From contig JAUCBJ010007922.1 in the NCBI GenBank assembly GCA_032718475.1, forward strand, positions 1 through 52,046: DNA of 52,046 bases, given 5' to 3'. The DNA is from Nemertoderma westbladi (taxonomy: Eukaryota; Animalia; Xenacoelomorpha). The position numbers and the translations under genes were made by a program. Position 1 is the first letter of the stretch. Each line of letters begins with the position of its first letter. The notes beneath the pieces are model-generated. The model was not told the DNA's origin. It searched no databases and was given only the letters and a program-made list of their open reading frames with translations. Shown here one piece after another: positions 20,211 through 32,870 of this stretch.

Positions 20211-20724
20211 ATTATAATTGAATCATCCCAAATACCAAGTTAATTTGTAAGTAACCAAGTTACCGGTACGTTTAATTATCGATAAACATTAATAGCTACC
20301 GGTACTAAATGTTCGTTGTAGTGTTTGGCAGCATTATAGCTGTATAGGCCTAGTTTAGTTAGTATTGCATCGCAGCATTTATTATTTGTCTAAGAAATAG
20401 AAAAGGTTTTCACGTTATTTGAGCAAAATACATTCAAACAAACAAAAGTTATTGCAACTTCAGTGTCTGCAAGGCGAACTCCAAAACGGAACTCAATATC
20501 CAATATTAGTTTATGTAGTTAAGCGGCTCTCTAGTTACGTAATAAATATTCGAGAACACTAAATTATTGCAACATTGAGTAAGGCAGCATCGGGGGTTGA
20601 AGAGTACAATAATTAGAATCACAGTAAATATGGAAGCAATATAGTAAAATACTATAGTTCAATTAATTTTGTAACACTATATCGTTCTATATTTTATTAA
20701 ATAGTTGAGCAAAAAAGTACCAAT

Positions 20725-20880
20725 TTAAGAATAAAATTACGTATTACTTGGGGAAAAAACGTTGAACATTCAATATTCTATCTACCCTTTATTAACCTCG
20801 CTGACGCTCGGTAAATAAAATACCTCGAGAATAGTGAAAAAAGGTTCTTATTTTTTCCCATGTAATAAATATTTATTATT
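20725..20880. repeat. Dispersed repeat; inverted homolog of 15846-16003
   Basis: Reverse-complement alignment by eye. Confidence 0.8.
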
Positions 20881-21651
20881 TAAAGTTGTACTTCTTATTA
20901 TTTATTAATTATTTATTTTCACGTGTGTCGTTTTAACATTATTTATCTATGTTATGATGTTGTTGGCTATATTTGAAATCTAACGAATATTTGTTTGAGT
21001 GAATTAATTTCATATCACTATTATTCAAATAAAGGTTAAAATAAAATCTAGAAATTATCAAATTTGTACGTAATTGTATCTGGTTGTGCTGGTTTATTGG
21101 CGTGCATACATAGTAAAAACGTTGTGTCAGTGGATTGATTTTACTCTGATTGTGTGCCATCATTTTGTTCTTTTTTAGATGTTGTTTCAAAACAATGAAA
21201 TTTAAGAAATTCCACCGAAAATGTTTTCCTATTTTCTTTATTTTACGTTTTTCGCCGGAATTTAAGAATAATTGGTTATTTTAAAGAAAATAATGAATTT
21301 TGTTATTTTACGTCAACCATAATGTATGTCCAACCACCCTCGTCGTAACACAACAAGCAGACTACGTAGTACATACACACTTACTGTACTTCTTGAACAC
21401 GTCTTGAAATCACAGCATAAAAGTGTAATCGGGTGTTGCACACAGCGTGAGTCGCAGTTGGCATAAGGGAACCGGTACCATTTTATATATATGTGTGAAA
21501 CTGAAAATTATTTTAGATAGTTCCGAAATAGTTGTTCTAGAACATTCATTGTTTGTTTTTGTCATTGTTTTTGCATTTTTAACCAAAAAATTTATAATAA
21601 CAAGTTAAAGTCCGTGAAAGGAGAGGAGAACAGCAGACTTTACATGTCCCA

Positions 21652-22169
21652 TGTAAAAGCTTTTGCGGAATTAGCTGGTTATTTTCCCCGCAAAGTACTC
21701 TGTAGTTGGTTTAACGGACATAAAAAGCCGTTTCCTTACTGTACCGGTGTTTTAGTGGACATAAAAAGCCATTTCTTCTGTATGTGTACTTTAGCGGACA
21801 TAACTAGCAATTTTATGTCGCAATACGCTAAAATCCTCTTGACACAGTGTAGTTACTATGACGACAGCTAACAGCTGATATGTACACGTGTAGCTTTTTC
21901 TTTGTTCCTTTGTTCGGTTAACCAATCAGAGCGATTCTCCTGTTATTTGTACAGAAACCTCCGGGAAATCGCGCAATGCATTATGGATCAATGTTTACCT
22001 TTTTTCCTGATGCCAGAAGACCGGCTTTGGAATTTCTGTGTTTTCAGGCTTTAGCCAAACATTAGTAGGCTTGATCATAGAAACGTATATCTGTTATCAA
22101 ACTAATCAAACTCTTCACAATCGAGTCCAGTCAGTGTGTCAAATCATATTGTCAACTACAAACACCGCA
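21652..22169 (+). repeat. 5' LTR of L1 (3' boundary approximate)
   Basis: Starts TG; matches 34596-35089 up to ...ATTGTCAA; CCAAT box at ~21922. End inferred at ...CCGCA, where similarity to the L2 internal region begins. Confidence 0.8.
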
Positions 22170-23162
22170 TTTTTACTGCTATTTACTGTCAGTCATTAAT
22201 TATATCAGTTGATGGAATATTATTATATTGGATAATATTGCTAAATAATCATAAAACCCCCAATCTTCTTGATATACTGAAGGTAAGAGACCGGTTACAT
22301 ATAACAATTGCGACTTACATTAAAGTGGTTTTGGAGTGAATCTAATGCTATTTCATAGGCACTACATGAGTCGGTTGCTGTTCTCCTTATATGTGACTAA
22401 AATTAGTGAAGGTCGGCAGATCGGTGTGCAGCATTGTGCAGTAGTGTGCATGATTGTGACTGATAACAAAGCATCTCCTAAAGAATGCGCTTTTTACGTG
22501 AATCCATAGCCATCCCGTTGTGTCTAGTATAAGTCATAACTCTGTTTACATATTTAGAACGCCACATCCTAAAGGAACTGTTAATAATATTGGTCAGAAA
22601 TTATATATTAACGATCAGTCGAATAATACAGTAGGCCTACACCGCAATAAGGTCAAGCTTCCGAATCCAGTCTCCCGGGTATATCCAGCGGGTGAATGGT
22701 CGCGCATAGACTGGCTTCGGCTAATGTAGTGTATCAAATACTCGTCATAGGCTAAAGTCGATTTATAATCTAGAAGACATCTAAATTTGGCAGGTTAAAC
22801 TGCTAAAGGTCTGAAAGCGCGAACAATAACAGATATAACTTCAGAAATATAGTTGTCTATTGTTCTGGTAAGAACAATAACAGTTATTGAGTTCTGATTG
22901 CAGTGTAGGCAATAAATACAGTCTAAAGTACCGGTCGACCGGTAACTAGTAGGCCTGACTGCCTAACTACCCGAACCGGTACTTACAGCAGTACAGGTAC
23001 AGCAGTATTATTCGATTTTGATAATTATATACCGGTAGGTCTTAATAAGTAATCGGGGACGCCTGGTTTTTATTGGGATTTTACTTAGGCCTATTTCTGT
23101 CAGTTTTATTTATTTGAAAGTTAATATTGAACAGAAGACGTGTAAGCCTGCTCAGATTGTAC

Positions 23163-23742
23163 AGATAATTTGTAGGCTGGACTGTTGTCTGACTGTTGTT
23201 AAGTCTGAAGAGATTGCGGTGTGTGTAGAGTGTATGTCCGATAAAGTACTAGTTAGGAACGTAGGGGCTTCCAGTGCTGTGAGGTAAATCCCCCTGAAAG
23301 AATAAGTCGTACTACTCGGTTAGAACCCATACTAACTAACCATTTCGGAGTCTGCATATACTGTAGTTTGTTTAGGCTTGATAGTAGTCTTCCAGCATTT
23401 GGTCTGTATTTTGTTTGTGTAGTCTGTACGGGTAGCGTAATATTTCTTATTTAGATAATTTGTAGGCTGGATTGTTGCCTAGCTGTTGTTAGGTCTGAAG
23501 AGATTGCGGTGTGTGTAGAGTGTATGTCCGATAAAGTACTAGTTAGGAACGTAGGGGCTTCCAGTGTTGTGAGGTCAATCCCCCTGAAAGAATAAGTCGT
23601 ACTACTCGGTTAGAACGCATACTAACTAACCATTTCGGAGTCTGCATATACCGTAGTTTGTTTGGGCTTGATAGTAGTCTGTCAGCGTTTGGTCTGTATT
23701 TTGTTTGAGTAGTCTGTACGCGTAGCGTAATATTTATTATTC
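23163..23742. repeat. ~290-bp tandem duplication in LTR-element leader (also at 36608-37184)
   Basis: AGATAATTTGTAGGCTGG...GTAGCGTAATATTT at 23163 and 23453; same pair at 36608 and 36894. Confidence 0.93.
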
Positions 23743-25079
23743 AGAGTTTATGCGATTATTCGCAACATTCATATCCCCAAGTTTATTCCTACAGTAATTG
23801 TGCTTGTTATATATACCGTTATAGTTAAATTAACCCCGGTACTACATCAGGGCTGCTTGGCGTAGGTAAAGACTGGTGATTTTGTGCCCTGGTCACTCCA
23901 GCAGATACCGTGGTTCTTTTAGCTGTACAAGTATTTCTAACTGCTGATTATTTGTTGTATAAGTACTTGTACCTAATTTAGGGTTTAGTGTACAGTGCTT
24001 TCCGAAGGTAATTAGTGTGTAGGCAGTATATTTGTGTTGTAAAGTGGTTAATAGGCACGTTGGTTCTGGTAGACCGCGGTAATTAACTTCCAGGTAGGAA
24101 CACTCCGTGATACATAACGTAGTACTTATAGCGATACGGCTATAAGTCGTCAGACGGTGGTATTTTTCCTATCTGGACAACGCAGTATATATTACTACTG
24201 CTTTGTTATTTTCAAATACCGTAGTATCCTGTCTGTTTGTAATAACCAGATATTCTAACCCTTTGTTAGGCTGGTTAGTAGACTTCTTGTAAAATTACCC
24301 TAAAAATTCGTACGTGTAATTTTTTGTGTTTATTTAGAGATTGTAATCTCACCCCGAATTGTATGTAATTTGTAGTATTAAGTAACTTAGGTAAATTAGA
24401 ATTATTTGTTTTAGTGTCCAACAAGTAGCACTTCGCTGAGAGCGTACAGCTTCTGTGCGGTGACTCCTTCCCAGAAATAATAACATTTATTTCAAATATT
24501 GACAAAACCCATTATAGGGGTATATATATATTATAAATCAACTCAAACCGATTTATAAAATAGTAGGCCTGTCTTACAATAATTAGGTCTTAATGTCAGT
24601 TGGACTACTGCTTAAATAACGGCAATCAAGTAAAGTAAAGTAACCAAGTAACCCCTAAAATTCAGAAATTCAATTATTCTAAAATAATTGACATACCGGT
24701 ATTTACGATAGGCTTATTATATTTATTCCTATAAATTTAGGCTGAAATTATATACCGGTATTCTGTAATTAATTCTAGTCCATAATTATACTTATATATA
24801 CTATAAGTGTAAGCTGTATACCGGTATTCACGATAGGCCTATTATATATTTATATATATTTGTGCTGAAATTACATACCGGTATTCTGTGACAAATCTAG
24901 TCTGTAATAATACTTATATATATACTATAAGCATACCGGTATTCTAATATATTATATATATATCACGTTACACTGAGTAACAGTATCGGTAATTAATTAC
25001 TAGGCTAACAGTTGATACTGAATTACTAGACTTGCTTACACTGTAATATAGCAGTAGGCATTCAACTGTACAAACAAAC

Positions 25080-28000
25080 ATGTCTGACACAAAGCAAAAC
25101 CTGTCAGACAGTCTCTTAGATACAACCATCTGTGACCCAGACAGGAGTGTGGAACGTGTGAGACCGAAGTTCAATTCACCTCCTACTGTAAGAAAGATCA
25201 TCCCTCCAGTAGTAGTATCAGACCCTAGGCTAGTCCAACACCGTAGGTCTATCATAGGCACTCGAGCTCAGGTCAAGCGGGACTAAGAAGCAGAGGAACA
25301 GCAGCAACACTCGAGCCGAGAACTTATTTCTCAGCGGCCCGACAGCTCCAGTAGTGCGGATACTGTAGAGCTGACACCAGAGTGCAGAGCAAAGATGGCA
25401 GATGCGGTTTATTCGGACCCCCTTCTCATCCTTCCTGCAGCCGTACTCACTAGGGTATTGATTGCGGTGGAGGAACACCAGATTGATTGGGCGAGAAGTA
25501 AGCGATCGACCAAGGATAGTTATGCGGGATATACAAGGGAAGAACTGAAGTCTATTGTCGAGTCGCAATGGAACTTCCCCGGACCCGGACTACCGTTTGA
25601 CTTATCGGAAGCTGCCTGGGAAGACATACACAGGATGGGAGTAACAAAAGAAACCAGTGATCCAGCTGTGTGGAAGATGTCTGCAGCAGGATACGTACAG
25701 GGATTCTTCAGCTCTATGGAGCGATTAGAGGAACAACTGTTTAGACAACCCCAAGGACCTCAAGAGCAGGGAGAGCTGCTTTATCAAGTTAGAGAAAGAA
25801 TTCTAAGAATCAGACTAATCTTATCGGCCTTTGAGGAAGCTTCAAAAAGAAGACAAGACATGTCGTTGCAAGTTGCTGTAAAGACTTGGTTCCAGCGGGT
25901 GAGTCTCCAGGTTCAAGGAGTTCAAGGAACGGCCCAGTGGACAGCTCGGCTGGCTGAGCGCTCAACCCATGGAGAATCAACAGACGCTACCTTTTCCCAA
26001 GTGGAAAGTGAAGCGACAGCTGAGAAACCGCATAAGAGGGATGCTATTGACATCTATCTGTCAGACTATCAACGATTTGTAGGTGACGAAGAGTTGAGGA
26101 GACGGCTGTCTGGACTTCGCCCTAATAGTGAAGGAGCCAAGCTTGTGTTGGACGCAATCGATGCGGATATGATAGCTGCGAACCAAGCTAAATTTGATGA
26201 ACGCCTCCGCATCGCTAGAGTCCAAGAAGAACAAGTCAAGAAAAAACGTATAGAAGACAGAAAGACAGCGGCAGTGGCAGCAGCAGTGGCAGAAGCGGAA
26301 AGAAAGGCGGTAGAAGTGGAAAGAAAAGCGGCAGCGGCAGAGGCAGAAGCGGAAAGAAAAGCAGCCGAAGTGGAAAGAAAAGCGGCAGTGGCAGCGACAG
26401 AAGCAGAACGGAGAGCATCTGAAGAGATCGCCCAACTAGAGTTGGAAAATATTCAAGAGAATCAAGACTGCATAAATAAACAGTTAACAGCTAGTCAAAT
26501 GCAGATGATGAGTCGATCTACTCCCAAAAGACAGGGATATACATCATCTGATGAAGGCGATACCACCGATCTTGAAGGCGGAGGAAATAGATCTCGTCTA
26601 AGTAGACGTAGAAGAATGTCCCACCGTCAGAAATTGCCTGATTTGCCCCCAGCTGTTAGAAAGCAACTAACTAACACAGACTTAGGTAGTACAGAACCCA
26701 CAGACCAAATAATTAAAATAGAAAGACTCCCTACTACAGTAGATGAGCCTGAAATAATTAGGCCTGTTCTCGAAACCACCCCTTCGGTGATAGAGATACC
26801 TGTACTCCCAGAGCCTACCTCTAAATTCCCTCTGCACAGCACTAAGCTACCTGTGCCCCACAGAGCCACCCCTGAAAATGTTCATGTCCTGGACTCCGAG
26901 CGAAATATTAATGATTTGTCGCCCGTTGTCCCTCGTCCGCCCGCTACAACGTTGGCGGCTCCTGCTTCGGCGGTCGAGTGGGTGGATGAGAGACGGCGGG
27001 GGATGGATCTCCTGCTCGGGCAGATGCAGGAGACTGTTCAGCAGTTCAAGGGCACAGTAAGGGAAAGTAGGTTAGAGTTACAAGAAGTGCAGCAAAGTAT
27101 CGCGTTAGAACGCGATAAATTAGTAAATACCCAAAGAGGTATACCACCACCCCCGGTAACAATGTGTCAACCTGTTAGGTCTGAAGTATTTCATGCGCAA
27201 GGTGTGGAGCCTACACGCATCTATACTGCTAGTGAAGTGGAAACTCCTATAGTAAACCCTATTAAGGGTAATTATAAACCTGTTGACAATGATATTCCAT
27301 ATAGACCTGATCCTAATCCGAGAAATTTATATACCGATAACTCGATATTAAATAATATGATGGCCCAAGAAAGTTTTACGCGTCAAATGGCTAGAACCGA
27401 AGCCCGACAAGCGGTAAAAGTGGGAGAGATCGTCAAGTTCAATGGAGATGAGATGAAATGGTTACCTTTTAATGAATATTACAAAGATAACATACAGAAC
27501 TCTGTACTATCTAACGGAGAGAAACTTAGATTCCTCATCGAGTGCTTGGAAGGACCTCCCAAGTTAATGGCGTTAAGGTTTATTGGACATCCAGATGGAT
27601 TAAGACAAGTTTGGGATACACTAAACATCAGGTATGGTAATAGGACTAACATAGCTAGGTATTTTTATGCGAAATTAATGACGCCCCGAAAGTTTCTTAG
27701 CAGCGGGATTATAGAGTTTTCCAACGAGATTCAGGAGATCTGTAGACAACTAGATTGGTTAGGTAAGTCTCATGAATACCAGAATTCTATGGTTGTAGGA
27801 GCCTTAGCATCTACTTTGCCCAAGGGTGGAGTAGGTACACGCTGGGACAAGAAAGTGTTATATATGATGGAACAACAACAAAGAGATCCTACCATGGCTG
27901 ATCTCATGTCATTTTTAGATGGAGAGGTAAAATTACAGCTCCTAAAGCAGTCCAGAGAGAAGACACCGGAAAATAAAGTAAGTGAGAAACCCATTTCTAG

Positions 28001-29726
28001 GAGAAAGGTAATACCAGTGTGTTATACAGACGACAGCGAAAGCCAGGCTTCTCAAGAGGAAGACAGCGGGAAAGACACTGAAAGATCTTACTATGACAAC
28101 AAAGCGCCTAAGGACGTAAGTAAATTCAAGTCTCGAACCAATGACAGGAGAGAACAGGTAAGAAAAACTCCTCCTACGTCTCCTAAGAGAATTCATGTAA
28201 GAAAGCCCGAGGAAAGAACGAGTGTACACAATGTTACCCAAAGTAAGGTAAGTAACATCAAACCAATATGTGTGATGTGCGACGGGCCCAACTGTTTAAG
28301 TGCGTGTGATGAATTCCTAAAGAAATCATTAAAGGATAGACGGGAAGTCATGTGGGATAAGCGGTTGTGTTATAATTGCCTCAGACAAGGACACCAACGG
28401 CGAACCTGTTACTCCGACGCAAGGTGTGCGAAGTGCGGCGCAAAACATCATATCTTGTTGCACACTGAATTCGAACGAAACAGCCCGAGTCAGGTAAGTG
28501 AGACCGAACTACATGTCCAATTCAGTGATGTGAACGACACTGACCAAAGTTCTGAGATGGAAGGATTCTATACCGACGAATTCTCCGACAAAAACGAATC
28601 CTGTTACCTGATAAATACCGCAGTGTATCGAGCACTTACGTATGAAAAGGACACCAACAGCGAGCTCCCCCTAACTACTTCTGACCGACAACCATCTTGG
28701 AAAGCACCAACTTCCAATGTAGGAATCCGAGAATTTCCCGTAGTGCAGTTGAGGGTCCACGGACCTGAAAGGAGTTATATAGTGAACGCCCTCCTTGACT
28801 CTGGTAGCACAGGAACATTCATCGACAAAGAACTAGCCGAAGACATCTTTGCTGGACAACCCAAGTTCCGAACTAAGTTAAACATGTCAGGAATTATGCA
28901 GGTTTGGAAATCTACAGTAATAGCAGATTATTATGTAGGTGCGTTGTCCACCCCCCAGGATGAACTAGGAGAACACAGTATAAGGTCAGTAAAAATGGTG
29001 GCGATAAAGAACTTCGCTACCAGCCAAGTAGAACCTTATAACTGGGATGAGGACGATTTCACCCAGCAGCTTAAGATACATAGATTCAACACAGACTACC
29101 CTGGAGTGCAAATACTCATCGGCCAAAATGCGCATGAGGCGCTTGAGACATTGGAGAAACAGCCTGCTCAACCGCAACCACTACAAGCCTATGCGGGAAG
29201 AACTAGAGTAGGTTGGTACTTTACTGGCCCTTCCCGTAGAACTCTCATGGAAAGGTTACCAAAAGAACGGGTATACCAAGTAAGTGAATGGGAAGCGAAG
29301 AGCAGTGAGGTAGACGACCCAACTGAGGGAACACCATACTCCTCAGATAATGACGATATTAACTCCAATGTAGATCAATGGAGACATTGCCCCGAGACGA
29401 TTAATCTAGCCGACATCGCTTCCAGAGGAGCAACTCCTCAAGAACTGACAGATACTCCAGACTGGTTAGGTGGACCCGACTTCCTAAGTAAAGAAGATGA
29501 ATGGCCTCCCCATCTTACCACGGCTGAGATTAGACAAGCCAAGGGAGCGGAGAAAGTCAAACCTAAAACCCGGACGAGTAAATCAAGGTTATTTAAACCC
29601 GTGATAGATCAGTCTGTACTACACATTGCCAGGGACGATGCTGTGGATCTAAACTCCCCCACCGCGAACCGATCTGTTGTGGAGATCAGAGAGAGAGACT
29701 GGAGATCTGGAACACCAGACGTCTAG
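25080..29726 (+). CDS. gag: BEL/Pao Gag-aspartic protease fused to RNase H C-terminal remnant; one in-frame TAA at 25284-25286 (uninterrupted ORF 25395-29726)
   Basis: Coiled-coil; KFNGDEMKWLPF...EKLRFL..L.G (DUF1759-like); three Cys/His knuckles (CVMC, CYNCLRQGH....C, CAKCGAKHHILLH); ALLDSGS protease; RTRVGW, then directly QWRHCP...NLADIASRG...WLGGPDFL...WP. Confidence 0.9.
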
Positions 29727-29756
29727 CCGGGACTCTCACCTCTCCTGCCGGGAGCG

Positions 29757-29915
29757 ATGGACCACTATAGATCCTGGAATCGGCTTAGTAAGGCCGTCGT
29801 GTATTTGAAGCGATGTTTCTATCGTCACTATTCCAGGATGAAGAGGAAGCCTGGAATTGTATTCGAAACACAACAACTCAATCTCCCAGTTGGTCGTTTA
29901 TGTTTACTGGAGAGA
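29757..29915 (+). pseudogene. Pol remnant (post-RNase H segment joined to extreme C-terminus of Pol)
   Basis: YRSWNRLSKAVVYLKR resembles the Pao post-RNaseH helix; PVGRLCLLE resembles the Pao Pol terminal RPxxKLCxL. No integrase core between them. Confidence 0.65.
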
Positions 29916-31644
29916 GACAGAGAACTCTCCGGAAACTATGGAAGGCAAGATACTCTTCCCACGACCACCTCCCTAATCCAACAAACATCTAGGGACTCCC
30001 CAACGTAACAGCGTCTGGAGTGGGTGTGTGACTATATTATTTTATATTTGTTTTTATTATTTTATATTTATGTATGTATTATTATGTAATTTTATTATAA
30101 TCGTTTTCTTTAATTTTATTTAGTAGAATGTTATTTTAGCGATTATCTAGTAGATTAGTGCAATATATATTCGCGTTTATTACTTAATTACTTATATATT
30201 ATATATTTAGTGCGACGGCGAGAAATAATTCTTTTTCTCTTTCCTTACTGTCCGTATCATATTATAAATACGTGACTACAGTAAGATGAAATGTCCGTAC
30301 TTATTAAAGTACAATAAAGCTCCTACTATATTTAAGTATTATTGGTAAGTAGAGTATTAGGAATGCAAAATTCAGATCCTCGTGTCTCGGCTAAACCAAG
30401 CTCTGGGTAGACCTTGGAAACGACTTGCCTCTTCTCACTGACATTGCTTCTTGCGATATTGCTCTCATACCGTATATTAAATAATACATATAGTAGCGTG
30501 ATGTCCCTTTAACAGTAGCGTAAAACGCAAAATAAATCTGTTAAACCCTTTGACCATCTGTAATTCTAGTCGATTAAGATATCGCGGCACCCACCGATAT
30601 ACATAAAAGACAAAATTCTAGAATCAGTGGTTAACGTCCCCAGACAAGTTCTGGAATAAACCAGTGCCCATCTTAAATATTAATTATTAATATTTATAAA
30701 GTCTGTCAAATTCAGATCCTTTAAAATTCTAGTCAATTAAGATATCGTAGCACTTACCGATACTCTTAAAAAGACAAATTTCCTAGAATCAAGGATCCCA
30801 GTCCCCAGACATGCTCTGGAATAAAATTGTGTCTATTTAATGTTAAATAATAAAATTTACGGGAATAAATTTAAATTCATCTTTTAATGAATTTGATAAA
30901 TTGTCATTTTTATACAATTTATAACATTCCCAAAATTCCCTAAATTAATAGACCATGGGAGCGGAGATTCACCCTATTAAGTGTATTAGTGTGCGAGAAT
31001 CTCCAATATATAGTCAATAGCCGATAAAATTCATAAAATCATGTATAAAGGGGATATTGACAATTAAAGAATTACTATTAAATAGCATCCCAGATCTGTA
31101 TGCATGAGAATTACCCTAATTCTACCGCTAGCTTTCCATAATGTCACCATAGCAACAACCACGCTAGAATTAGAAGTGAGTTAAAAGAACAATAGAAAGC
31201 TTGCCCCATTGAATAGCATAGGGAACAAATAGCACACTGCTAGTATCCAAGGATACATAATAATAACGTGACATTCTGGAAGGCACTTGACTAACGGACA
31301 AATGGCCCGAATGTGTATAATTTGTGACAGTTGTGTGGAATTTGTGCGTTTATAGGTGAATGTTACTACTAAGGTGTGTTTACAGTAGCGAGTCGCAATT
31401 GTGAAAGTAGCCCTAACTCTGCAGCAAGAACCTGAAGTAAATCTAAGCCTTTGGGACGGACAGTGGAGTGACTTGTGCCGGTTATCGTTGTCGTTGTGTA
31501 GCTACGACGTTGGCGAAAACACAGCGACGACGGTACATCGGCGCTGAGGATCTTGCACTGTCCGGGGGCAGAGAGGGGTAGGCAGCGACGCCCGCTAGCC
31601 TAAATATAAACTCATTATAATATTGATAAACTCATATAGCAGAT

Positions 31645-32043
31645 ATGACTGAGTTGATAGAAGATGATCTTGGTATCAGGGAGCGATATACTCTACCTTT
31701 ACAAGCGTTTGTTGATAGCTTGATACGCGGCGACGCTGGTCCAACTACTACGGAGGACGATGGTCGTTATATCGAACCGCCAATGTCCCAGGAGCAACTT
31801 ACGCGTGAATTGGACTATAGAAAATTCACCGCTCGCTATACGCATCGTAATGGTACGTATATGGACTTCTTAACTACCGGCCATCCTATCGATTTACACG
31901 ATACGGACGATGTAGACACCGAAAGGGAAATGGTTTTATTTAAATATCATACCCAGCGGAGTCGGAACGATAAACCGAGAATAGAACACGAGAATTCTAT
32001 TCGAAACCGACTCGAAAGATGGAATGTGGAAGAAGGTTTGTAA
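31645..32043 (+). CDS. Hypothetical acidic protein/exon inside L1
   Basis: 132-aa ORF with coding-like composition; TATAAA at ~31605 upstream; function unknown. Confidence 0.45.
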   Translation: MTELIEDDLGIRERYTLPLQAFVDSLIRGDAGPTTTEDDGRYIEPPMSQEQLTRELDYRKFTARYTHRNGTYMDFLTTGHPIDLHDTDDVDTEREMVLFKYHTQRSRNDKPRIEHENSIRNRLERWNVEEGL

Positions 32044-32870
32044 AGACAAGTAGAGGAGGACCACTGGAGAAAAGACATACGTTGATGTCCAGGGTCCATA
32101 ATGTGAATAATTTTCCCCGGGGCACGGGTGCTCGCGGGCGGTCTCCTTCGGGAGGCTGTAATTTTCTCTTATTTCATCGTCTTCCTGTAATTATTGTGAT
32201 CAGTGTCGCAATTAAAGAGCAAGAATAAATGGTGACATAACGGAAAACAAGTCCATCGTGGTATCTTACAGATACTACCATATATCCTTCCTCCTCTTTA
32301 CTACCATTATCCCTCTATACATCGCTATTGAAAATACAACATATTTCGTCCCACCTTCTCTTCCCAACGCGCTCGGAGCTTTGGGAGACGATCGACCAAT
32401 CCTAGTGGTATCGTGGTATGGAACATACCACTTACTACTAAACCTCCTCATCCCTTACTATTGATCTGGATGCTCATATTGGTGTCCGCACCTCCTGTCC
32501 ATGTCACATTCTGTTGATATTTATGATATCAACTTCCACCCTCTCGTTGTTGATTAGAAAATCAACCATCAATAATTTCCTTAAGTCCACAACCGTGATA
32601 CAAGGACTGAAAGGACACGCGGATAGTTTGTGAACAACTGGTACCATTATGTGTCATAAATCTGGTTGTTCACCTCCCTTAATAATTGGGGATAAATTCA
32701 TTTGGAGATAGTCATCGAATGATACAATCCTCCTACTGAGATCGTATTTCGGAATATTTCAGAATGCGATATAGGTTTTCCTCTGCTCTACCATCACTAT
32801 CGGAAAACATGTTAGGCATACAACGGGAACATGGAGAACATTCCATACCCTTTCGTCGATACTCAGCTGA

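Noticed and set aside
24275-24505. Minus-strand ORF shared with 38401-38640
   Set aside because: Similarity just reflects the L1/L2 duplication; TTG start and frameshifted ends.
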